64,000 bases of DNA. It comes from the human T2T-CHM13v2.0 reference genome, Homo sapiens. The notes beneath the pieces are model-generated. The model saw only the letters and a program-made list of their open reading frames with translations, made no database searches and had not been told where the DNA came from. This document shows, piece after piece, positions 51,951 to 64,000 of this stretch; within the stretch, counting starts at the first letter, position 1; each line of letters begins with the position of its first letter. The translations under genes and the position numbers were made by a program. The stretch lies in NCBI RefSeq assembly GCF_009914755.1, contig NC_060941.1; one strand, 5' to 3'.

Positions 51951-53373
51951 CACCAAGCAAGGAAGCCGAGTGGAAGCCCCAGGCCTGGGCCCATCCCAAA
52001 CTTCATTTCCTCATTTCCTAGATTTGACTCTTTAGAACAAGACAGACCAGGATCCAAGTTATAGGGGTCCCAGGCCTGCTGTGTTGTGAGCAGGCCTGAT
52101 GTAACTGCTGGGCCAGTTACATCACTCTGCCTCAATTTTCCTCATTTGTAACATGGGCCTAATGATGCTTTCTCACGGGCAGGCTGGGAGGCTAGTGACA
52201 ATGTGGAGGGGAGCATGACCTGTGAGATCAGCCTGCCCCCTCTCTGCAAAGAAACCAGAAGATTGGCCTCTTGAGGACAGGAGTGGCCAAAGAAAGAGGC
52301 TGGAATTTCGTCATCTGGTTTCCTCCCAGATCCAGCTGTAGGGATAGGATACCAGTGGGCCCAGTGCAGCTCCTGAAGGAGGAAGCCAGTACCCAAGGAA
52401 GACTGGCCCCAGGGCTGTCTGACCCCAGATTTGGCACTTATTCCCAGGAGCAGCCAGGATAGGGGCCGCAAGGAAGAGGTAGCTGTGCTTTAGATCAGAG
52501 CCAGGCTGCCCTGGATCATCACAAGCTGGGACTAGATCAGAGCAGGCAGCCCTGTTGAGAAGAGGGCTGGAAACCGAACCTGGTTCTGTGGCCTAGGGAC
52601 AGAGCCAGGTGGGGCAGGAAGGAGGGAAGGGGTCCCAATGAGGTGGGTTGAAATAAACCAGAATTAACATTCAGGAATCTGAATGTGATAAGGCAGTGAG
52701 CTCCCTGTCCCCAGAGGTATGCAAGCAGAGAGAAGCACCCTTGGTGGAGGGCAGTCCAGGAAACTCATCAGGGGCCTGGGCCTCAGGCCTTCCCGACCCC
52801 AGACCTTCATAAGTCAAGCCATCCTGCAGACTGCCTTGCTCAAACTCCAGATATAGCCTATCTGGCCACGCCCTAAGCAGGAGTAACATTCATGATGCAT
52901 TTTAGAAGGGGTGTGTGGGGGAGAGAAGCCACAGAGCCCAAGTCCCTGGGGCTCAGCCTGGACATCCAGCTCCCTTTGTTCCTCTCCCAGAAGTGGCTGC
53001 GGTGGAAAATTACCCAGAATAGGGGCGCCAGAAGTCATAGGGGTCGCCAAACCACATCTCCCCAAGTAGCCCTGCTCAAGGGTCCACCCAGGACCCACTC
53101 CCTCCAGATGAACAACTGCTGGAGAACACAGAGAACAAAGCTGGCTTCTCCTCAGTGCCCCACCCCCACCAACACTCTAGAGGCTGCAGGAAGCTGGTGA
53201 CTTCCCTGAAAATTTAAACAGCCCTTCCCAGGGAGGGGGTGGGATAGGAAGTGCTGGGTGAAGCCTAAATACCATTTTCTTCAGAGCTAGGCAGGTGATC
53301 TGGGTTTTCACCTGCTTGCTGTGTGACCTGGATCCAATACCTCACTTCTGAGTCTCAGCTACTGTATCTATAA

Positions 53374-54097
<724 letters not shown>

Positions 54098-54779
54098 CGC
54101 CTCACCGTTTTTAAATGGGTTACCACATATGTAAATAGAATAGCTCAATAAATATTCACTCCATAACTGCAGGAGTTAGGGGAAAGGGAAAGAAGGTAAG
54201 ACAAGGTCAACAGAAGACCTGCACCCCAGAAAATCCAACCCCCATGGGGCACAGTCCAACGTGGGGGTGGGAAGAATTTACATCTTTGCCACCAAAGAAA
54301 CAAATCTTTGCCCCACAGCCTGGGATTACCAGGGCAACCCTCAACGTGAGGGTAGGGGAAAACAGAAGAGGGGATCCATTTTTCAGGGGGAACATGCTTG
54401 TCTTGGCAGTTTCTCTCCTCAAAGATCCTGAGACCTCCAAACAAGACCCTCGGGCCCCGGTTGGCTGGGGAGCGTTGAGCACGCCCAAGGAACGTGGACA
54501 CAAGCCCCTCTGTAATGGTGTGCCTATCAGGGGTCAGGGATCCAGCCTGGTCCACGGTGACCCCGGCGGGCAGGTTCGGCACAGTTTACTTGCTGAGCGC
54601 TTACAGAGTGTTCAGTGCGGTTTAAACCCATTCACTCCTCTCGACAGCCTCAGGCGGTTGAGGCTGTTACCATCCCATTTTACAGATGAGTAAATTGAGG
54701 CACGTGGAGCGGGACGGTGAAGCGACTTGCTCAGGACCTCACAGCACTGCTGCCCCTGGTTTTGTCTGGACTGGAGGTA

Positions 54780-55350
54780 GCCGGAGAGCCGGGGCGGCTC
54801 CGCACGCGCGCGGGCCAGGGCAGCGGCTGGAGACCCAGGGGAGCCGGGGCGCAGAGCCAGACCAGCCCCGCCCCCGCGGGCCCGGCGCAGCCAATGGGCG
54901 CCCGGCCCGGAGTGGGGTGACGCGGCGTCAGCGCGTAACTCCCGGGAGCCCAGCCCTGGGTCACATGCGCCGCGCCCGCTCTACCCGGGAGGTAGGGAGG
55001 GGCGGCGGGGACAGGCTGGGCTCAGCCCCCAGTCCAGACACCTGGCCAGGAATGCCGCCAGGTGCGCGTCCCGGGCACCGGAAGGGCTAACACGGGACAG
55101 CCCCACCCGGGACTGCGTGGCGCGCCCAGAGCGGAGGATTCCTTCCAGGTCACCCAGCCCGGCCCCTGCCCGACCTCGGCGTTGCCAACTGGGAGATAGG
55201 AATTCGCATCTCCCCGCTTCCTCTCCAAGCCTCTTAGAGACTGAGAGGCAGCTTCTGTGGGTTTCGAGCCTTTTCGGGCAGGCGTCCAGCACGGGCAGGG
55301 CCTCTTCCAGGACGCTTGTCCTGTCCAGCCATGCCCTCGGTGCCCGGAGC
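54780..55350. promoter_or_regulatory. Small orphan CpG island with GC box, CCAAT and SRE-like motif
   Basis: ccccgccccc 54866-54875, ccaat 54891-54895, gtggggtgac 54912-54921. Confidence 0.65.
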
Positions 55351-57562
55351 TCAGCCGTGGATGGCAGGGCAGGCACTGGGCAGGAAAACTGGGTTGTCCA
55401 CTCTAGCCATTGCCTAGGCTACTGAAACCCCTCCCCACTCCCAGAGCCCCCCTGCCCCCCTGCCCCCCTGCCTGGCCCTGCATATCCTTCACTGCTGTGG
55501 GAGCCAAGCTGGGACCTGCCCAGGTTATGGCAGAGGGGCCAGGCTGTGGGAAGAGACTGCTCAGAGCCTGAGTCTCCCCTCCCCCACTTCTCCATCTGTA
55601 TATAATGGGGTCAGATGACTGTTGACATGGGTGATTCTGGTCCTAGATGACGCTCGTGGTCTCATTCCAGCTTGGGCTCTGTGGTGAGCTGGGCGAGTTC
55701 TTTCCAGCCCTCTCTGAGCCTCCATGGCCAGCTTTGCCCCTGGAGGCTCACACCCATGTGGGCACCTGCAGGCTTATCATGAGTCACTGAACACACCCTC
55801 TACCAAAGAGCTACTTGAACCCCAAAGATTGCTGCACAGTGAGGGGTGTAGCTCACAAAGGCTGAGGAAGACTGATACCTGTTCCCTGGGGGGTAACTGG
55901 CTGTTTGAGGAGAGGCCAATTGCATATTGAATGGGGTGAGTCTAGCCGGCAACAGGGAGAGTGAGGAAATCAATGTAATAAGGCCCCTGTGGGCATTGGG
56001 TTTACCACCCACTACACCAGTTTACCGATCAGGAGAGTAAAGAACAGAGTGAGACAGTGACTTACCCAACACCTACAGTTAAGCCTGCAACCCTAGGGAG
56101 GAATGGGGTGGACAGGAAATGGCACCAGACAATGGAGTCCACTCAATTTCCGGAAGCATCCTACTTACTCCCTAGTGCTGAGAGTAGAGATTTTGCGTCC
56201 TGGAATGTTGAGGGCCTGGGCTTGGAGGCCCTGGACAGACTCCTCTGAGGTCTGCCCCAAAAGCTCTGACAGGGACTCCTGTAAAATAAACTGATGGCAT
56301 TTCTGGGTGGGTCATGCAGACCTGTCCAAGGCCTCAGGTTCTGCCCTCCCGCTGCCCCCAGGACCCAAAGGAGACCTTTTTCTTGGAAAAACCACAGGCT
56401 CCCACAATGCTTCCCTCAAGTGTGCAGCTTGAGTGCCCTGGGGCTCAGCTATGTGCTCAGAGCCTCCTCTCCTGCAGGCCCTGGAAGAGAGCTACAACAC
56501 TTAACTGGCTGCAGAGTGTCCTTGACTCTGGGAATAGAACCAGGCTGCACATTCCCCAAGGGCAGGACTGGAGCAGCCCTGTCCCTCCCCTCTGGCACCA
56601 GCCTGGCACACAGCAGGCTCTCAGGAACACTGCTGAAAGCACAAGTGGCCTAGGTGTCCTGGTGAGTCCACAGTAGTGTCTCAGCACCAATCTACTCTCC
56701 ACAGGGTAGGGACAGAGCTCAGGCCTCTTTCAGTGCCCACATTGCCTGGTACAGTGCTGGGGGCACATAATGAGCCAGGATCTATGCTATCTGTTTAAAG
56801 GGACCTGGGTTTGCAGCCCCCCACCCCCACTTCAGGAGCCCACTCCCCTTCTCCCCTGGGTGTGGGAACCTTTATCTCACTCCAACTGGTCAGAAACAGG
56901 GCTCTGCAGAGCTCCCTGGAGCCCAGGGAGGCAACTGGCCAGAGGTAGCTGGGTGCCGCCCCTTCTGGCTACGACTGGTGATGGCGGTGGTCCCAACACG
57001 GCCCCTGCCGTGACCTGACTCCTATCAGTGGGCAGGAGAGCCCCTCCTGAGCCACGCTCCCAGAAGGGCTGCTGTTCAGGGTAGGTGGGGCAGCTTTATC
57101 TGCTGGCCATGGAAGTGGTGTCTTTCCTGCCCACTTCATGGACCTGTCTGGGAGGTCTGGCTCTGGGTTGGGTACTGGTTCTGCCACTACTCCCTGTGCA
57201 GCCTGGGGCAAGCCTACAGCTCTTTCTAGTCCTCCATGTCTTCACTGGCACAGCAAGAGTTTGGGAAGATCTCCAGGTTCATCGGGGGTTTGGTGAGTCC
57301 ACCCTGACTTGAGGTCTGTCCTTAAGCCCCAGCGAAGGGATTAAAGGGCCCTCGGCCTCCCAAGCCACTTGGAGAAGGCACAGTTCCCACAGGCTCCCAC
57401 AATGCACCCCTCATGACCCCCTATGCCTCTGGGCCTGAGGGGCCTGCTTCCAGGAGGACAGCTACCTTACAACAAAGGGCTGCAGGTGCCCACCTCCAGG
57501 ACAAGGGGAGAGGGGGAAGGAAGCCTTTTTAGAAAGGGAGAGCAGGCTGTGGGGATGGGAGG

Positions 57563-57720
57563 AGACAGGTTTCTTTTGGGGGGAATAAAAATGTTCTAAA
57601 TTTGGTTGCGGTGATGATTGCCCAACTCTATGGATATTCTGAAGACTACTTAATTGTACACTTTAAATGGGTAAATTGTATGCTATGTGAATTATATCTC
57701 AGTAAAACTGTTAACAAAGT
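57563..57720 (+). mobile_element. Old L1 (L1MB-like) 3'-end fragment
   Basis: ggtttcttttggggg...aaaatgttctaaa...attgtacactttaaatgggt...tgtgaattatatctca. Confidence 0.78.
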
Positions 57721-58205
57721 GTGAAGTCTACCTGGCTTGGAGCAGCAGTTCTCAAATTCAGTGCCCAGCACAGGCTCTGCAGATGATGCCCAGCCAAGCT
57801 GTGGGAGTCCAGCCGAGGGTGGGGGCTGGGGCTTAGAGGGGGTCAGGGGTGGCTCAGGCCTGCTTGCTCAAGGCCTGGGTGCCCTGGGCAAGGGTGAGTG
57901 GCCTCCTCCTGCCCATCTGGGACCTGGGGTGAGACCTAGGAACAACCACAGCACTTGGTCCTAGAGCTCTCAGGCAGGTTGTAGCAGGCTTACAGCCACT
58001 CCCACCGATGTCACAACCTGGGCCACGCACAGGAATTTTCCTGGCCAGGTAAGGGGCTGCTCAGGCAGCCTGGCCACTGGGGAAGGGTGGACTGAGGGTC
58101 CCCATGGCCACCCCTGCTTAAATAAAGCAGGTGGTCAAAACTGGCAAGCCCTTTGGACAGTCGTAGCCAATTCAACAGACCACACAGGCATAATTTGTTC
58201 AATTA

Positions 58206-58215
58206 TTTATTTATT
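58206..58215 (-). terminator. TOM1L2: TOM1L2 distal poly(A) signals (overlapping AATAAA x2)
   Basis: Minus strand CAATAAATAAATAATT followed by GU-rich CCTGTGTGGTCTGTT. Confidence 0.82.
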
Positions 58216-61200
58216 GTGGAGTATTTTACATGCAAGAACCCAATTAGAGAGAGGGTATCTGGAAGGAGGGCCAGTGGGGTGGATGGATGCTCTGAGCCTC
58301 GGGTGCACTGACCCACCCTCCAGAACCAGCTCTGCCCACAGAAACACATGACAGTGACAAAAACACTAAACTTCTAGGACGAGTGGACAGCAAACGCGAC
58401 ATTCAACACATTCCTCTTTTCAGTAGCCCCCAACAATCCTGAGAATCCTCACAATTAAGTGCAAACTTTAGGAAATAAATATCCGTCCCCCTCTCCGGGA
58501 GAGCCTGGAGGTATGGACAGACAGAAGCAGTTCTGACTCGGGGGCTGATGGCTGCTCCCTATGGCTGGTGGCCGCAGGGGAAGCCTGACTTGGACCCCAC
58601 AGATAGGAAGGGCTGGTGACGGGCACTGGGGGAGGCGAGCACTTCAGGGGCTGACAGACAATGTCTCTGGGGTGGAAACACTTCTCTCTGGGTGGGGAAG
58701 GCCTACTGTAACCCAAGTGGGTGAGACGTCCCCAAAGCCGACAGTGCAGAAGCTCCCAGGGACCACTCCAGCAGTGCCAGAGGCTGAAGCCAGGCTGCAA
58801 GCAAGTGCTCCTCCACACTGCTCTTCCAGAGCTGCCCCAGGGGCTGGCCTGGCCCCAGGTGGGCCCATGGCCTACCCCAAGCCATCCAGAAGGCTGGGCC
58901 CAACTGAGTTAGAGATGCGTGTCTGCGGGGGCCCAGGGTGGGGTGTGGCAGCGGGAAGGAGGGGGGCAGGAGCGTGAGCATCGGCAGCAGCTGCCCTGCG
59001 AGCATCTGTTGCCCTTGGGCCATGTGGAGCCCTTGCCCCAACTCTCCGGGCTGGGTCCTCTCCTCCCCAGGGGCTGGAGTGACAGCACAGGCCCCAAGAC
59101 CACCAGGTGGCATGGTGGGGTGGTGGGGGAAGGCTAGTGAACCAAGGCACCATCACTCACATGGAGGCGCTAATAGAAAGACAGGAGGACAGACGGATGG
59201 TCACCTTTCCCTCTAGCCCAGGCCAGCAACAACCCCTTGAGGCTCCAAAGCTCCTTGTCCCATGCACGCTGGTAAGCGAGCCAGTCATTCTCTCAGCCTG
59301 GCCACAGATGGCCTGCTCAGTGCCTGGAGACTGCCCAGGCAGGGCTACTCTGCAGCAGGCAGGCCAAAGGCCCATGGTGCCAGGGGCCCAACTGCACATA
59401 GCGCCATTCTCTGCCGCCCAGTGGCCAAAAAGGTAGGCAGGAGGGAATGGTTAGTTTTCACATCTCAGCAACAATGAACGCAGAAAGGGTTAAACACATT
59501 CCCAAGAAAATATTTTGACAAAATAAATATTTTAACCTATAATCAGGTATAATTAGTGCTTATAAGGAATCCCAGCAATAATTTAGTGTAATTAAGTATA
59601 TACTGTATCTGTGATTTCTAACACTCACGGAGAGGCTGGTGGGCCTTGAGAGTCCAGGTTTCCTGACAGAGCCGCACCCCCTTCCTGGACCAGGCAGCCT
59701 AAGGACTGTGCTCCCCAGATGGTGGGGTCTGGGAGCAGAGATCTCAGGACAGGCCATCTCGCCAGGGCTAAGTGGAACCCACTCTGGGGCACCGGGGCTA
59801 TACTTGCTTCCTGTGCAGGCCTCAAGCAAGAGCCCCCTCTGCCTACAGGTGGGGCAGGCTACCTCCGGATAGGAGGTGCAAGCAGGCCACCTGAGGGGTG
59901 GCTCCAGGCTAGGAAGGCAGGTGACACTTGTCAGCATGGCCAATGGCCTCCTGCCAGCCCATACAGGTCCACCACTCCCTGCTGCCCCTGGGGCAGCCAG
60001 GCCTCTCCAATGATGCCTGGCAACCAGCTGGCGCTGGCGCTGGAGCTGGAGCGGGGCAGTTCTGGGAGTGGGTATGAAAAACAGTTTTGCTGGGGGCTCC
60101 CCAGGAGGGCGCCTATTTCAGCTTCACGCACTATGGAATCCCTGCTCCTTTCAGAGCCTCCAGGCTCCTGACTTTTTGGGACTCCTGGTTCCATGAGGCA
60201 GGGAGGCTGGCTCTTCCCTCTGAGGACACTGGGTCTGGGATGCAGTGCTGAGGCTGCGGAGCACTGACTGCCCGAGGTCGGACCGCCCACCACCCGCAGG
60301 CCCAGCTCTGGCAGGGCCTCAGAGACAACCCAAGTCACAACCCAAAGGCAGCCAAAGGGCTGGGGCCTCTGGGTGCACCTGGGCCATCCCAGCCACCTTT
60401 TCTGCAGCTCAAGTGAAGCCAGCTAACTTCAGCAGTCTTCACATTCAAGCTGGCCTCAGGGGGGTCTGTCTTTGAGAAACATTGAGGAGGCAGGGGCTCA
60501 TCAAGCATCAGGGAGCAGAAGGCCCAGGCAGGTGTGGCATGTGCTGCCAGAGAGGACAGGGCTAGAATCAGGCTGGCCACTCCACGGAGGAGCTTCCTGG
60601 GTGAACCTGAGCAACTGGAGTGAGACATCCCAGCTAGTCCCACCCTCAGCCAGACAGAGGTTTCCTCTCTGGAGGGAGCTGGAGGGCTGCTAGCCTGGCA
60701 CAGGGTCCTGGGTCGGGCAGCACTTGCTCTTCACTGGAATAGTTCCTGTTGGTGCTCAGCATGACCCCCAGCTGAAGTCGCCATCCTGAATGCTCCCCAA
60801 CGACCATGTCGCTGGTCTCTTCTCCCGTCAAGCCCAGCCCCCTTTCCCTGCTTGGCTGGTGGTCTGGGCCGTCCTGCCAGGTGGGAAGGGCTAACTACAC
60901 CATGGATCAGGAACCTGTGCTGACCTAGGCAGTGCATGCTGGAGGGGACAGGAGCAGACTGACCCAGCGAGCTGGGCCCAAGACACACGGGGATGCATAC
61001 AGCTGCAGTATTCTCCTTCTGAGCAACAGCAGCCTGGTGGGAGGTGTGGGGCCAGGTGTCTGGCTGGACCAGGGCCTGGGATGACCCGAGTCCCTTGCCC
61101 ATGGCCAGGAGACACACCAGTGAGGACACGGGATGGGAATACATGTTACCAGCCCCTAGCTGCTCTGCCTGCCTTCAGGATCAGCTTGGGGAGAGAGTAT

Positions 61201-62317
61201 AAATTGGTGGCCAGAGGACCTCTGAGGTGGGAGGAGGCCAGACTGTCAGGAGAGTCTGTGCAAGGAGGCCAAGGCCTATGCCAGGGAGCAGAGCAGGGGC
61301 CTTAGTGCTGCCCAGGCCTCTCAGTCACTGGGAACCTCCAAGGATGCCACAAAGCTGTTTGCTGCTGGCTCTTGAGGCAGATGTGTGAGGCTACGGCAGG
61401 CCAGGCCACAGCACTGAGTGTGGCCCATGTGCACATCTGTGACACTTCCCCAGGCAAGCCAGAGCAATACCTCCAGTGCAAGTCCCTCCACAAGCCAGGA
61501 CCAGGTGTGCGGGTGTGAGCCTGCAGTGTGTGCGTGGCAGTTTGGTTTATTGGTAGTGTCGTCTCAGCAGCGTGCCACATGGCCACCATCTGCGGGCTGC
61601 CTGCTGCCCTCCCAATTGTCCTTGGCCCTCTCCCTGCCCAGGGAGCCTGCAGGGACCCTCGGTGCCAGGCTCGGCTGCTGAGCCAGCTTGGGTGTGAAGC
61701 CTGGGCTGGCAGCTGAATGATGGAGAGAGGGTCAAGAAGGTGAGAGACCCCCACCATGGAGACCCAGCAGAGCCTTCTCAAATGCTGATAAGCCAAATGT
61801 CACAAGGTGACAAGTCCAAGGAGTGAGACCAGGCCCATGAGTGCAGCACACCCTGCTCTTCCAGAGATGCCACAAAGCCCCTTCAGGGAGAGAGGGGCCC
61901 AGGAGGGCAGAATGCCTGAGAAGGTCGCTGAGCCAGGCAGAGGTGAGCACAGGGCGGGGCCGGGCGTGCTCTTTCTCCATGGGCGGGTGGAGGAAAGACA
62001 GTCCGGGTGGTCTGCTCAGGAAGCACTGCCTGGGGCTGGGCCACTCTGCCCGCTCTTCCTGGGAGGAAACATGGGCAGAGGGGCCCATGGTGGGAGGGGA
62101 GAGAGTCTCTGGCTGCAGTTGTCCCACCACTCAGAGAAAAGAAGTGGCTGAAGCTGGTCCTGACTAGTGGGAGGCCTGGGAGCAGACACGGTGGCATTTC
62201 CATGGAAACACAGGTGTGCAGGCCGTGTGGAGCTGGGGATGTAGGAGTGGCCAGTGCCCGGTGTCCACGGGGTGCGAGCGGGGACCCGCCATCTGGGGAG
62301 GCAAACCACAGAGCTGC

Positions 62318-62466
62318 TCACAGGGCGAAGAGGGCATCCTCTGACCGCTCTGGCTTCTTCCGGCCAGAAGGGTTTGAGGCTGGGGCAGGAGCCTCCATGG
62401 GGGGCGAGGGGAGGTCGGGAACCATTTCAGCAGCTTTGGCTCTTTCTTCAAGGAATTTATCAAACT
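62318..62466 (-). CDS. TOM1L2: TOM1L2 last exon, coding part ([14 protein letters not shown]...SEDALFAL-stop); 3' UTR to about 58190
   Basis: gtattgcag|AGTTTG; TOM1-family C-terminus; synteny with SREBF1. Confidence 0.95.
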
Positions 62467-63505
62467 CTGCAATACAAACCAAGGCAAGGGTCAGGGTTGG
62501 TGAGGGCAGGCCACCAGAGGAAGCGCACCCTTCCACTCCCCAGCCCGTTTCCTCCTCTAGGGCAGGCATGAAGCCCACCTAGGAGCAGGTGGGTAGGGAG
62601 GGGTTCGTGAGCTGCAGTGTGGGGGGAGGCTCCTGGCTGTGCCCAGTCCTCCTGCCCTGGAGGGAAAGGCTCTGGAAAACACAGCCCAGAGTGCTCACCC
62701 TACCGCTGACCATTTTCCAGATCAGCACTGGGTTTTGTCCATTTTCCAGATCAGCACTGGGGGTGGGGCAGGGTAAGCTGGAGGGGCCAGCTTCTGATTA
62801 AACAGGCAGGAACCATCCCACCTACCCCACCCTTGCCCACCAATGGAGGACTGAGGAGATGCTGAGGAATGCAGTGGGGAGGGGGGAGTGCCCCATTTCT
62901 ATGGGCACTGAGAGCTAGGGAGCAGGGTCCTCTGAAGTTTCCCTCCCTGCGGAGCGGTCTGGCCACAGGGTCTGGCAGACCTGGGGAGAGGAGGACAGGA
63001 GCACGGAGAGGCAGATGGAGTGGGGCAAGATGAGCTTGGGGAGGCAGGATGTGAAGGGCAGGGGATGTGGGGGTGGCCATGTGGGAGAACTAAGACCCCG
63101 CTGCTCCCATCCAGCCCATCAGCTGAGGCCCAGGAGAGGCTCCTCCCTTCTGGCTCAGTGGCCCAAGGGTGCTGCTGCGCACCTCCACAAACTGCGTGTC
63201 TGAGCTGGGCTGAGCACCTGTGGGTCAGGACCAGGTGGCAATCTGCACCCGCTATTCACCAGCTCTGCAACTTTGTGGAATTGACATGTTCTTTCTGACC
63301 TGTTTCCCAATAAGCGAGATAAATCACACTTCCCAAATCAGCGTAAGACCTGGGTGGGACAAAGCCACCCGTGAAGCCCATGGCTCAGGGCCTGGCACCA
63401 GTAGGTGCTCTGGCAGCGGGGGCTCCAAGATGATGGGGGCTGGCTCCTGTGCAGCCTGCACAGAGGCAACAAAAGGGGGCTGTAAGGCCACTGGCCAGGC
63501 CATAC

Positions 63506-63542
63506 CTTCACTTGTGACACCCTCCTCCAGATCATCACCCTT
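63506..63542 (-). CDS. TOM1L2: TOM1L2 penultimate exon (37 nt; KGDDLEEGVTSE)
   Basis: cccacag|AAGGGT ... GTGAAG|gtatgg; phase 1 joins the last exon to give GVTSEEFDKFL. Confidence 0.92.
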
Positions 63543-64000
63543 CTGTGGGAGGAGCAGAGAAAGTGAAATTAGGGCACTGGTCCAAGCACTGCCCGCCCAG
63601 CCACCTCTGTCTGCCCATGGCCACCCTAGGACAGCACTGCCCAGGGTAGCCTGAACAAAACTTCCTAATTTTCCCTGTTTCCAGATTTCTGTAATAGTAA
63701 TATACTGCTCTTCTTATTGGAGAAACAGAAGCTTTGTTTTTAAAAAACAAAAGCAAAAAATTCAAACATGTTTTAGGTTTTGATCCTCCAGAAAGGCTGG
63801 AAAGAAAACTCCAAAAACGGTGCAGGCTGGTTCTCCAGCCTGGGCTGCAGAGGGCGGGACCCCACCTTTGGCACTCTTGAGGCTCTAGGGAGAGGCACAG
63901 AGCAGTAGCCACAGGGGGCTGAGCCTGAGCACACACAGGGTCACGTGTGCCCAACACAACACCCACTCACTGCCAGCCACAGGGTTTCTGGGAAGACGCT

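Noticed and set aside
58703-59113. 136-aa ATG ORF in the TOM1L2 3' UTR (MPPGGLGACAV...)
   Set aside because: Lies 3 kb past the stop in a UTR, with no recognisable domain. It would need Ribo-seq or PhyloCSF support that I cannot obtain here.

Overview
Human (or near-identical great-ape) DNA from chromosome 17p11.2, the Smith-Magenis/Potocki-Lupski interval, identified from the encoded proteins. It contains the coding exons 3-6 and 3' UTR of RAI1 (+ strand; 1905 aa here) and the complete SREBF1 gene (- strand). SREBF1 has first exons 1a and 1c, exons 2-17 and alternative ends 18a/19a and 18c/19c; the spliced CDS sums to 1147 aa for 1a and 1047 aa for 1c with 18c/19c. SREBF1 introns host MIR33B and MIR6777. 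The last two coding exons and the ~4.1 kb 3' UTR of TOM1L2 (- strand) end the window, and the introns carry many Alus and older repeats. The RAI1 allele is non-reference (13Q with a CAA interruption, Ala90, Thr165). I found no unknown protein-coding gene, CRISPR array or foreign system; nearly all other track ORFs are GC-rich shadow or Alu ORFs. The best leads are regulatory: (1) a RAI1/SREBF1 tail-to-tail overlap holding a miR-33 seed site present only in the long SREBF1 3' end; (2) a MIR-derived stop exon that would give a membrane-free SREBP-1; (3) an LXRE/NRF1/CRE module in SREBF1 intron 1; (4) an orphan SRE/NF-Y/Sp1 CpG island upstream of SREBF1; (5) three Pumilio elements in the RAI1 3' UTR. 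Statements about reference sequences and literature are from memory and were not checked against databases.
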